DNA of 63,917 bases, filler included, from Octopus bimaculoides (GCF_001194135.2; 5 parts of 5 records of this genome joined end to end with filler, not necessarily neighbours in it), one strand, 5' to 3'; shown: positions 21,401-30,889, counted from the first letter of the whole stretch. Notes: generated by a model not told the origin, from the sequence alone. A program made the numbers and translations.

Positions 21401-24024
21401 CAATATTCGACAGCAGCAATGCAAACATTAAGATATTAACATTTGATGGTCATCTTGTTGACTCTATCAAAACGAATGTTATCCCTCGACATATGTGTCG
21501 CTGGCATTCAAACACACTGGTTATTACAACTCAAAAACACCAGTTGTTGACATTAAAAGTGAACTTTCCATTGATCTTGACAAGTTACCGGACGAAAATT
21601 AACTATGAATATATCGCTTCCTTCTCAGATAATCAATTGGTGTGTAATAGAAATAATGATAAAAATACTTTGTTTATCATTGGCATTGATGAAATGTCTT
21701 CAACTGTGAATATAACGAAGAAAATAAATATCACTAAGATAGTGAAAAACAGCCATTATAACATAACTGATATCGCAGTTACAGTTAATGATGACATTAT
21801 TGTCAACATTGGTCCTCTTGTCATATTCTTCAACCGTAATGGTGAATGTTTCTGTTCATTTAGTCAATATTTCGATACTCAATATGACTGCATGGGAATT
21901 GATGATACTTATCTGTACCTTTACGGGTTTTGTGATATATATGGTTATGGTACATATAATTATATTGCCTGTTTGTCACTGACTGGAGAATACAAAAAAG
22001 TATTTTCAAAGATAAGGGATTATAAACATAGAATAAATATTGAAAAATTAAATTGTAATGGTCCAAGATTTGTTGGACATAACCACTCCTATCGGAGAAC
22101 GAGTAATTTGTATGTTGAAGGTTTGCTTAACGTTAGTCGCGAAAGATTCACTGTTAGTCGTTTACTAACAAACAACTGTCCTGTTCAAGTAAAAGATATT
22201 GATATCTCTACTAATGGACAGACAGTTGTGTGTGAAAAAGCTAATAGTGGCAATGTTAAAATATTTGATAGACGTGGAGAGCTGCTATGTCACAGAGATC
22301 TTGGAACTTTAGTCGGTGGGGTATGTTTTACAGAAGAAAGAAATATAATGGTTACAGTCCCTAACAGACAAGAAATATTTCAACTAAGTCAACAAGATTT
22401 GGTGTTACATAAAGTCTGGCAAAGTCCTGCACCTTACAGTGCAATATGGAGAAAAGCGGGGAACATTTACTGTTGTGTGCATACTAATTTGACTGAATAT
22501 TATAGCATAAAGATTGATGGAGACCAACTGAAGGTTCTGGATTATGTGTCGTTATTAATGATTGATTCTGGTCTTCATTTCCCTTCCATTACATCTCAAA
22601 TGAAGAAGGAAATATTCAGTAATGAATTAATTGATAAGTTGAAATACAGCGAAGGAGGAGAAAGAAAATGTAAATCAGGTGAAATAGTTGGTAAAGGTAG
22701 ATTGAAGGCGAGAAATGGTAATTATATGGCAGCGAGTATGTTGGGAAGCGATGAAATAACTGTGTGGAGAATGCCATATAGAACAGCAATGTATCCTGCT
22801 TCCATTCCTCCTTGTGATAAACCAGTTGATTTCAATGACCTCCGAAAACTAATTATGTTAGATGCTAATATTGCTGTGTTCATGCTAATAGATACTGTCA
22901 TAGTAATTACCACAACAGGTAATGTACTTCAACATAAACAATTACAAAAAAAGCCATCACCAAAAGACATATGTCAGTGGACCGATGAACATTTCATAGT
23001 CACGTCTGGGAAACAACTGACATTCTTCAACAGAAATCTCTCCCTTTTAAAAACCATCAGCACCGAAAAATATTACAATAGGATTTATAAAAAGAATGAC
23101 AATCAACTTTTGTGTGCATTTAGTACTGATGTATATAATCCTTCAGTCGAGTTTTCATCTTTAGACATAGTTGAGATTCATGGTGACACATGTAAACATA
23201 TTCGTCGAGTGTGTTCTGGGAAATATGTAATGACAGCAATTGGTGTCACATCTAGTGAAGACATTGTTGTTGTTACCAAAGGCAATGGCTATACTGTCTG
23301 TTTCTACAGAGAACATTTGGTCAGAAGGTTAAAAATTAATATAGAAGTAGAACCTGATCTAACTATACATGGTGAAAATGTTTATGTAACAGATGCAGAG
23401 AATGATATTTACCAAGTATCTGTGGATAGCATACAAGAAACATTTGAAGATGAGGATGAAGACCAAATATTTGAAGAGAGCGTTGATCATATATCTGTAG
23501 AAAGTGAAGATCAAATATCTGCAGAGAGTGAAGATCAAATATTTGAAGAGAGTGAAGATCAACTATCTGTAGAAAGCGAAGATCAAATATTTGAAGAGAG
23601 TGAAGATCAACTATCTGTAGAAAGCGAAGATCAAATATTTGAAGAGAGTGAAGATCAACTATCTGTAGAAAGCGAAGATCAAATATTTGAAGAGAGTGAA
23701 GATCAACTATCTGTAGAAAGCGAAGATCAAATATTTGAAGAGAGTGAAGATCAACTATCTGTAGAAAGCGAAGATCAAATATTTGAAGAGAGTGAAGATC
23801 AACTATCTGAAGAGAGTGAAGATCAAATATTTGTAGAAAGCGAAGATCAAATATCTGTAGAAAGCGAAGATCAAATACCTGACAATAAACCACACCTATT
23901 CCTCAGTGGGGATGATGTTGAAGCCATCAATGTTCTTGGGCTTGCTGTTTCTGACAGTTCTGTTGTAATTTTTGGACCAGTTCATGGAAACCAGTCTTAT
24001 TGTTTTTTTCATTATGAGAGATAA
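18463..24024 (+). CDS. Large uninterrupted ORF, 1853 aa: helical N-terminus plus six tandem NHL-like beta-propeller modules and an acidic repeat insert (uncharacterised)
   Basis: 5562 nt with no stop in AT-rich DNA, from ATG in AAAATG context (18463). The 41 upstream codons in the track run through poly-A/(TA)n and are unlikely to be coding. NHL-like blades include DISTNGQTVVCEKANSGNVKIFDRRGELL, HLPNGQRVVSDINNNCLLYICNEG and VITENNLIAIFDSSNANIKILTFDGHLV. Module starts recur near 18997, 19747, 20536, 21355, 22180 and 22822. Coding status is high confidence; the fold is inference. Confidence 0.9.
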   Translation: MLKIKKINEENKMLAIDIPSKEHNMLISAKAFDEVSILGKVCNKGSTKKADKEQKITKLSLHHIITCTRTLVKGQYIDMFIDFVKEKCNDIQSMGLDRYRFLRNIKREMKHFLEYTKKNNEFVLQNLDWFHGQLFDIYTASNPYARKSITMPKPLLKFHPLSSVECRKLKFEVSGEDLPNFISHVVPTSGGIVTYTSHMMTICYATTDGSSNVVHCPSPITDMDRIGEDSVLATIPFKKKILVISPTSCNMKTLDYGFHKISYFKQSTFLGTELFGKIMYLIDWDDNQVKEKFSLKHIPTNIVVGPQYRILVTSANINTISCYDLDGRQLFHLSTQSTDIQIDLAVYQNYFYAVQGNIIYKISPTGAMSQRELKIKARYISLCTNNILLVDYAGVVHTTRTDSNFWPRFSNHQQECTPSLKDQIDIDDPYNIRKILPMSASSVLIVYEDLKVMLIIHEGQRFGKTFLTFKSKPSVFCRVDSNRFLVLFREDRKLQYITCPQLTEGHLIGVDSDYSQMCHIVSNKCLALTTSGNKAEVHILLIKEDNVETINRISLEHGDVVIAATPVNFVVADKREHRLLFFSSSGERLFKRLIDFNGYPHYIFADNLYFYVIFRRESMMTCYDITGEMKWQLKLPSNFSLDSAVFQGTAYVLDFLLSRVLLYKYHNASRCYSNFKNPYIRNLDIRLKENRKILIAGMYHLPNGQRVVSDINNNCLLYICNEGDIVATLYLPSVATDICQWDCNQIGVILPLEKQLRLIGNLSKKVRIVALSHPYVKVRKLGEGQIVCYCDKPSHLDIVSIENHNQGKVISTISIPFVLKSLAVENDTQNVLIVAKEKVFLYKTTTTTRRRRRGSRIKKKKRSMIPSVLLSQVKPPPNLFGGCIDNMFVYLIDNSRMFAINDHNLVVTDHVANKQLNMHIDLVDVFSRNICVSEMFSSTVHVEDLTVSDKPHYFVVPRCSRDKKQPMCKDLVITENNLIAIFDSSNANIKILTFDGHLVDSIKTNVIPRHMCRWHSNTLVITTQKHQLLTLKVNFPLILTSYRTKINYEYIASFSDNQLVCNRNNDKNTLFIIGIDEMSSTVNITKKINITKIVKNSHYNITDIAVTVNDDIIVNIGPLVIFFNRNGECFCSFSQYFDTQYDCMGIDDTYLYLYGFCDIYGYGTYNYIACLSLTGEYKKVFSKIRDYKHRINIEKLNCNGPRFVGHNHSYRRTSNLYVEGLLNVSRERFTVSRLLTNNCPVQVKDIDISTNGQTVVCEKANSGNVKIFDRRGELLCHRDLGTLVGGVCFTEERNIMVTVPNRQEIFQLSQQDLVLHKVWQSPAPYSAIWRKAGNIYCCVHTNLTEYYSIKIDGDQLKVLDYVSLLMIDSGLHFPSITSQMKKEIFSNELIDKLKYSEGGERKCKSGEIVGKGRLKARNGNYMAASMLGSDEITVWRMPYRTAMYPASIPPCDKPVDFNDLRKLIMLDANIAVFMLIDTVIVITTTGNVLQHKQLQKKPSPKDICQWTDEHFIVTSGKQLTFFNRNLSLLKTISTEKYYNRIYKKNDNQLLCAFSTDVYNPSVEFSSLDIVEIHGDTCKHIRRVCSGKYVMTAIGVTSSEDIVVVTKGNGYTVCFYREHLVRRLKINIEVEPDLTIHGENVYVTDAENDIYQVSVDSIQETFEDEDEDQIFEESVDHISVESEDQISAESEDQIFEESEDQLSVESEDQIFEESEDQLSVESEDQIFEESEDQLSVESEDQIFEESEDQLSVESEDQIFEESEDQLSVESEDQIFEESEDQLSEESEDQIFVESEDQISVESEDQIPDNKPHLFLSGDDVEAINVLGLAVSDSSVVIFGPVHGNQSYCFFHYER
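23452..23880 (+). repeat. In-frame coding minisatellite, 24-nt unit (48-nt higher-order), ~18 units of ESEDQ(I/L)(F/S)(E/V)
   Basis: GAAAGCGAAGATCAAATATTTGAAGAGAGTGAAGATCAACTATCTGTA is repeated near-perfectly in the centre and degenerates at both edges. Confidence 0.95.
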
Positions 24025-24349
24025 ATAGTTGTATAAATTTTTACAGTTGTTGTTGTTACAAATATCTGCTACCACATCTGCTGACTAACAATTATTCTTT
24101 TAGCATTCTTCATTAATCTGTACACACACACACACACACACATGTATATGTGCTTATATGTGTATGAAAGCATGTGTGCATGTACATGTATGTATGTAGG
24201 CAGGTTGGTATGCATATGTGTATGTATGTACATATGTATGTGTGTGTACATGTGAGCACATAAGTGGAAAAAATAGTACTCAAATACCAAAGGTAGAGTA
24301 ATATACTTTTATTAAAGCTGCAAAATTATCACGAGACTCTTGCCCAGAG

Positions 24350-24475
24350 TATCATGCTCCTGTTCGTCAGGACTTATTCTTTGTAAGCCTAGTACTTATT
24401 CTATAATCTCTTTTGCCGAACCGCTAAGTTACAGGGACGTAAACACACCAGCATCGGTTGTCAAGCGATATTGGG
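24350..24475 (-). mobile_element. Short interspersed repeat family C
   Basis: Reverse of GTTTACGTCCCCGTAACTTAGCGGTTCGGCAAAAGAGA..ATAGAATAAGTAC. Further copies occur at ~35990-36165, ~49528-49700 and ~52780-52930 (+). Confidence 0.7.
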
Positions 24476-24950
24476 GGGGACAAACATACACACACACACA
24501 CACACACATATACATATATACGACAGGCTTCTTTCAGTTTCCATCTGCCAAATCCACTCACAAGGCTATGGTAGAAGACACTTGCCCAAGGTGGCATAAA
24601 GTGGCAAATTCTCTGCTCAGCTTTCTCTGTCATGGTCAATACGACGATCACACGCTACACACATTCCTCCTAAGCACTGCTGTAAACAGCGGAAGTGAGC
24701 TAGAACATTAAAACTGAGTGTGTATGCAAAGTAGAAGTTCAGGTCAATTTCTACCAAGCGGCTTCACTCTGCATGCATTAGCTTCGTTACTATGGCAACA
24801 CATATAGATCATACACTAGATAACGCACACATATACACTTAGACCTTATAAATTTTTCAAGGGATGCAACTCTCCTACAGTACAACGAGTCTTTCCCCTT
24901 AGATTTATTCACTTTTTACCCCCCCCCCTTTTTCTTTACGAATTTAGTGA

Positions 24951-25061
24951 GGCAAGCTGGCGGAACCGTTAGCACGCCGGGCGTTCCGAGTTCAAATTCC
25001 ACCGAAGTTGACTTTGCTTTTCGTCTTTTAGTGGTCGATAAAATAAGTACCAGTTGAGTAC
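24951..25061 (+). mobile_element. SINE family A, 5' part running into a gap
   Basis: GGCAAGCTGGCGGAACCGTTAGCACGCCGGGCG..GAGTTCAAATTCC head. Confidence 0.75.
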
Positions 25062-25578
25062 NNNNNNNNNNNNNNNNNNNNNNNNNNNNNNNNNNNNNNN
25101 NNNNNNNNNNNNNNNNNNNNNNNNNNNNNNNNNNNNNNNNNNNNNNNNNNNNNNNNNNNNNNNNNNNNNNNNNNNNNNNNNNNNNNNNNNNNNNNNNNNN
25201 NNNNNNNNNNNNNNNNNNNNNNNNNNNNNNNNNNNNNNNNNNNNNNNNNNNNNNNNNNNNNNNNNNNNNNNNNNNNNNNNNNNNNNNNNNNNNNNNNNNN
25301 NNNNNNNNNNNNNNNNNNNNNNNNNNNNNNNNNNNNNNNNNNNNNNNNNNNNNNNNNNNNNNNNNNNNNNNNNNNNNNNNNNNNNNNNNNNNNNNNNNNN
25401 NNNNNNNNNNNNNNNNNNNNNNNNNNNNNNNNNNNNNNNNNNNNNNNNNNNNNNNNNNNNNNNNNNNNNNNNNNNNNNNNNNNNNNNNNNNNNNNNNNNN
25501 NNNNNNNNNNNNNNNNNNNNNNNNNNNNNNNNNNNNNNNNNNNNNNNNNNNNNNNNNNNNNNNNNNNNNNNNNNNNNN

Positions 25579-25860
25579 GAAAACACCTAAAAGCTCCACG
25601 AGGCTCCGGCAGGGGATGGTGGCGAACCCTGCTGTACTCTTTCACCACAACTTTCTCTCACTCTTACTTCCTGTTTCTGTTGTGCCTGTAATTCAAAGCC
25701 TTGTCACACTCTGTGCCACGCTGAATATCCCCGAGAACTACGTTAAGGGTGCACGTCTCTGTGGAGTGCTTAGCTACTTGTACGTTAATTTCACGAGCAG
25801 GCTGTTCCGTTGATCGGATCAACTGGAACCCTCGACGTCGTAAGCGACGGAGTGCCAACA
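25579..25860. mobile_element. Interspersed repeat family E (~280 bp, non-coding)
   Basis: A reverse-complement copy lies at 31526-31765 (GGTTCCAGTTGATC...ACGTGCAAGTGG...GTGTGACAAGGC). The class was not determined. Confidence 0.7.
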
Positions 25861-25959
25861 AATGTACCTTTAATGACACAAGGAGAGACAAGCTTCTTAC
25901 ACTGCCAGAGTCAACAGTGGAATTGAATGCGGAGGAATCAGTGAAATCGGAGTAGTAGT

Positions 25960-26720
25960 GAGTGTGAGGTGTAACTTAGCACCAAACCCATGTAGATTGG
26001 CTTTCAGGGTCAATAAGAATTGCTAAAAACAACTCCTTCAGGGACAACAATCAATGCACATTAACAAACTGTCCCATCCGTGACACAGATTTATGCCAAC
26101 GGGTAAATGCTGTGTATAGAATACAATGTAACAAATGCAACAAGTTCTACGTGGGTAGCACAACAAAACCGTTACACGTCCGCATCAAAGAATATATGAA
26201 CACAAGAGCCTCCCCCTTCAGAAAACATCTAGACAGATGCCGGAACACCGACAAAAGCATAACAGTCACAATTGAGGACAATGAAAGAAATTTGGGTAAT
26301 CTAAGAATTAAGGAAGCTATACTCATACACAGACTAGGACCCCAAATTAACAACAGGATGGAAGTTGGTAATCAATATATTATTTAGCTACATGTGGACG
26401 TGTGTAGGTTCATTCTTAATAACATGCTCATGTATTGTCTATAACAAAAAAAAAGAAAAAGAGAAGCTGCACGTATAACACATAACTTAGAAGCAGCGGT
26501 ACAGATATACCAACACACACGAGATTGAAACATAGCCGACCTCACGCACTTCTCATGAAGAATTCCGGAAGGAGCTCCGTGAGACCACTACTGAGACGCT
26601 TTCGTGGGGGGGGGGAGAAAAGCCGTTAGTAAACAGTTTATAGCAGAGACTCCATCTAAGAAGATCTGAAGAAGGAATTGTATTCCGAAATATCATAGGA
26701 CTATGGATAACTAAATTACA
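25960..26720 (+). mobile_element. Penelope-like element 3' fragment with GIY-YIG endonuclease remnant
   Basis: CPIRDTDLCQRVNAVYRIQCNKCNKFYVGSTTKPLHVRIKEY...LRIKEAILIHRLGPQINN shows the VY-CxxC-YVG-T-RxxE(H) pattern of PLE GIY-YIG domains. Confidence 0.85.
26651..26708 (+). ncRNA. Candidate minimal type I hammerhead ribozyme in the Penelope terminal region
   Basis: CTGAAGA (26666-72), A, stem II GGAAT-tgt-ATTCC, GAA, palindromic ATAT, C (AUC cleavage triplet). Stem I is weak: 2 bp proximal plus a distal TCCAT/ATGGA pairing. Confidence 0.55.
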
Positions 26721-28144
26721 AGTATATAGTCCATTTTTGTATTATAGTGCATTGTTGTACCATTCAAAACTTGTTATTCTTTACAAACGATACACAATGC
26801 TTCAAGCGAACTACAATACTCTCTTACTCCTTCAGTTTTGGAGAAACCTAAAAGTGATCCGCAGAAGAAGTAAGGCTACTCAGTTATGGAGATGCACTGA
26901 GAAGGTGTATATGTTTGAGAAAGAGAGAACTGAGAACGTCATCGAATTTCGAGTCATCTTTTGGCTCAGTGTTGACAGCACAACTCTCTTCGACGTTGTG
27001 TCTGAGTGATCCTCCAACTTTCTACTGAACAACGATAGTATCTACATGTTTGTAAAGATGGGAGGTATACTGGATTACCCCGGATAACCTTGGATGTCCT
27101 GGGTGTCCTGAACAACCAGCTCATCAGGAAGTCTAGAAAGATCAGACAGAACCTGCTGTACTGTGACTAAGTTTCCCGAACATCTACGGCTCACCACAAC
27201 ACAGCTTGATTTTGAACTTTCTACCAGTACAAAGATAAAGGAATGTATTTATGTCCAACTTAAGCTGGATTAGACGTTCTAACAAAACATCTACGTTAAG
27301 TTAGATATAAAGCGACCTGTTGTAAATCGGTTGAATGGGGGGGGGGTAAAGCGTTGACATGGACACGAGATAAGGTGTCCGCCACTGAATTATCAGTGCC
27401 CTTCATGTAACGGGTATCTGCGGTGAAATGCGAGATAAAATCGAGTGCCTGATATCATATCTCGAGGGGAATATTTATCTGTTTTAAATTGCAATACGAA
27501 TGTCAATGGTTTATAATCGATGAAAATTGTGAAAATGTCGTCCTTCCAAAAAAAAAGGGCTGAAAATATTTCACAGTTAGATAAGTAACNNNNNNNNNNN
27601 NNNNNNNNNNNNNNNNNNNNNNNNNNNNNNNNNNNNNNNNNNNNNNNNNNNNNNNNNNNNNNNNNNNNNNNNNNNNNNNNNNNNNNNNNNNNNNNNNNNN
27701 NNNNNNNNNNNNNNNNNNNNNNNNNNNNNNNNNNNNNNNNNNNNNNNNNNNNNNNNNNNNNNNNNNNNNNNNNNNNNNNNNNNNNNNNNNNNNNNNNNNN
27801 NNNNNNNNNNNNNNNNNNNNNNNNNNNNNNNNNNNNNNNNNNNNNNNNNNNNNNNNNNNNNNNNNNNNNNNNNNNNNNNNNNNNNNNNNNNNNNNNNNNN
27901 NNNNNNNNNNNNNNNNNNNNNNNNNNNNNNNNNNNNNNNNNNNNNNNNNNNNNNNNNNNNNNNNNNNNNNNNNNNNNNNNNNNNNNNNNNNNNNNNNNNN
28001 NNNNNNNNNNNNNNNNNNNNNNNNNNNNNNNNNNNNNNNNNNNNNNNNNNNNNNNNNNNNNNNNNNNNNNNNNNNNNNNNNNNNNNNNNNNNNNNNNNNN
28101 NNNNNNNNNNNNNNNNNNNNNNNNNNNNNNNNNNNNNNNNNNTG

Positions 28145-28560
28145 TTAACCCTAACCCTAACTATAGAATCCGAACTCTAAAATTGTTACACACATAGATA
28201 CGCACAGCGTAATTTATTATATAAACAATACATGCGTATAAATTACGATTAAACCGGATGAAATATGTCACAGGGAATAACATTTTTATGACCGCCCAGC
28301 AGTAACTCTATTCAGCTGAATAGACGTCAGTGATTGGTTGAAATTACAGAAATACGACAACTTTAACATGAAATAACTTGCGATGTACGTTTTTTTTTGT
28401 TAAGAAGACTAAGAGTAAAAGATGTTTTATATGACACATTCTACCAGTGTCCCAAGTTTCAAAGTGTTTCGTTAGTGTTTCGTTAAGAAAATACTGGTGC
28501 CCCCGTTTTGAAATAGATCCCATAATTGTATGAATTCCCGTGAGCAGAATACAGATTCGT
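28145..28560. repeat. Probable non-autonomous repeat starting with a TTAACCCTAACCCTAAC cassette
   Basis: Telomere-hexamer cassette at 28145-28161 next to a gap. The family and right boundary are not established. Confidence 0.3.
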
Positions 28561-28714
28561 AAAATTTTTCTGAAAATTCCAAAAAATAAGAAAAAAGGTC
28601 ATGAGGATTACTTAAACCAGAATTCCGCCGAAAACTCAATAAACTGGCCATTGAGTCCGCAACAAGTCACAATGGCATCTAGTTAACTACGCAGCTAATA
28701 TCTATTCTTCTCTA

Positions 28715-29120
28715 TTCCAGACACAAGGCCCGAAATTCTGGGGGAGGGAGCCAGTCGATTAGATCGACCCCAGTACGCAACTAGTACTTGATTTAGTGAC
28801 TACGAAAGGATGAAAAGCAAAGACTACCTCGGCGGAATTTGAACTCAGAACGTAACGGCAGACGAAATACCGCGAAACATTTCGCCCGGCGTGCTAACGT
28901 TTCTTATTTCTTTATTGCCCACAAGGGGCTAAACATAGAGGGGACAAACAAAGACAAAGTGATTAAGTCGATTACATCGACCCCAGTGCGTAACTGGTTC
29001 TTATTTAATCGACCCCGAAAGGATGAAAGGCAAAGTCGACCTCGGCGGAATTTGAACTTAGAACGTAGCAGCAGACGAAATATCGCTAAGCATTTCGCCC
29101 GGCGTGCTAACGTTTCTGCC
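28715..29120 (-). mobile_element. SINE family A dimer (tail-1 unit then tail-2 unit)
   Basis: On the minus strand, a head at ~29120 runs to tail-1 AATAAAGAAATAAG at ~28895, followed immediately by a second GAAACGTTAGCACG unit ending GGGCCTTGTGTCTGGAATAGAG. Confidence 0.85.
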
Positions 29121-29226
29121 AGTTAATAATATCTATTGCAGCCATGCAGAACAAAGAAGTAAAAAAAAAAAAAAAATCTGCGCCAGGGGCAGCTACTCTG
29201 TATTTACTCATTTCATTGTTCACATC

Positions 29227-29428
29227 ATGTCGGATCATAAATCGCCACGTTGTAATTCATCACATTTGAAACTTATCATTAACGCTGATGATGTCGGTTA
29301 TAGCCAGATCAGAGACGAAGGTATTGCCGAGTGCATAGACGCCGGTTCAGTGACCAGCTGCTCTTTATTAGTCAACGGTGTCTCTGCTAAGTCTATTATT
29401 ATAGCACGGTGTCCCAAAGTCTCACTCG
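29227..29428 (+). CDS. YDJC: YdjC-family carbohydrate deacetylase, exon 1
   Basis: MSDHKSPRCNSSHLKLIINADDVGYSQIRDEGIAECIDAGSVTSCSLLVNG contains the YdjC LIxNADDxGY...RDEGI...GxVTSxSLLVNG motif. Donor G|GTATAT, phase 1. Confidence 0.9.
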
Positions 29429-30070
29429 GTATATTTATTGTTTACATATCTCACATAATAACATTCTCGCTGGACAATCTCGCCAAGTCAAAACAATGTA
29501 GTTTTGACTCGACATTTGTTTATTCTGTTCTTTCTTTGTTTTCTTTTTAGCTCGTGTTGGACACACTTTGCAAATTATATATTGCATGTTATTTACTTTT
29601 GTCGTTTTTTAATATTTTTATTAATATAAATCTAGTCGGAGCATGGCTGTGCGGTTAAGAAGCTTGCTGGTAAATTTTCTGATTAACACCCGCACGATTT
29701 TCACTAGAGTGTTCGGGTAGGGGTTAGTGTTTTAGGGTTAAGGTGGATCACAGTCGGTTTGGGCGATTACGATCCTCTCGTTCGGTGTGCATTTCACGTA
29801 ATTCTCAGGTAGAATTTAGAATCAGCCTGATAGTATATACCAAGGTGTGTCTTTGGATTCCAGGTAAAACCCACCAGACGTTCGTCTATATAGGTTCTGT
29901 CAAGCCAATTTCACTCGCAAACTGAGTCTTCTTGGGATTTCATGCTTACAAAGCTAACGTTTTAATCATTCAACCAGATTGTACAACCACCTCCCCCTCT
30001 CTCTCCTTCTCTGTATATGACTGCAATGTTATGACTGAAACATGTAAAAGATATATATATATAAATATAT

Positions 30071-30324
30071 GGTAATCTTCAAGTTTAGGGGGATAAAAAA
30101 ATAAATAAAAATATTCAAGGGAAATAACTGAACGACTTACCAGTATTATCCGTTTTCTTCTAGCTGTTTATAAATAAATCACACCCTAACCCTAACGTCA
30201 ATCAAATCACGTGTGTGATTTATTTATAAACAGAGATGTACGGAGAATACTGGTAAGACGTTCAGTTACTTCCCTTGAATATTTTTATTTATTTTTTTTT
30301 ATCCCCCTAAACTTGAAGATTACC
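30071..30324. mobile_element. Palindromic MITE-like element (~115-bp arms) with a CCCTAACCCTAAC core, in YDJC intron 1
   Basis: The left arm GGTAATCTTCAAGTTTAGGGGGATAAAAAA...GTTTATAAATAAATCACAC is the reverse complement of the right arm GTGTGATTTATTTATAAAC...ATCCCCCTAAACTTGAAGATTACC. Confidence 0.8.
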
Positions 30325-30731
30325 TATNNNNNNNNNNTTTCTCGTCACCTAATACAAGAGCACTCTCCTATCATTTGTATCAATTTATGAAACTAGATGC
30401 ATTGTTGTAACTGAGTTAGTAATTTCCTTTTTAATTTCTAGGACTTCATCTGTCAAAATATTTTCTTTCTCCCCTGTCTAAAAATGTTGATTTTCATTTT
30501 TCATTTTCAATCACAGGATCTATAAAGATAATGTCACCATCATCGTCATTTCATCGTTATCATTTTTCACATCCACTTCTCCATGCTTGCATGGGTCAGG
30601 CAACATTTTTTTCTATGGCCTGATTCTTTTCTCGTCACCTAATACAAGAGCACTCTCCTATCATTTGTATCAATTTATGAAACTAGATGCATTGTTGTAA
30701 CTGAGTTAGTAATTTCCTTTTTAATTTCTAG

Positions 30732-30865
30732 GACTTCATCTGAACTTAACAGAAGGTTGTCCTATTGGGTCCTTATACGACACTCTGACAAATGAAGAAG
30801 GATTCTTTCGAGGCAAGTTTGGATTTCGAGAAGCCGTTGACAATGGAAAAATTGATTCTGAAGAA
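30732..30865 (+). CDS. YDJC: YdjC deacetylase, exon 2
   Basis: Acceptor TTTCTAG|GA. Reads (G)LHLNLTEGCPIGSLYDTLTNEEGFFRGKFGFREAVDNGKIDSEE with the conserved GLHxNLxEG motif. Donor |GTATGC, phase 0. Confidence 0.9.
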
Positions 30866-30889
30866 GTATGCATACAGTTTGAATTACCC

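Noticed and set aside
23363-23893. 176-aa antisense ORF with LRFLQIFDLHSLQIVD repeats (superficially LRR-like)
   Set aside because: A by-product of the stop-free reverse frame of the 24-nt minisatellite; it ends as soon as the repeat ends.
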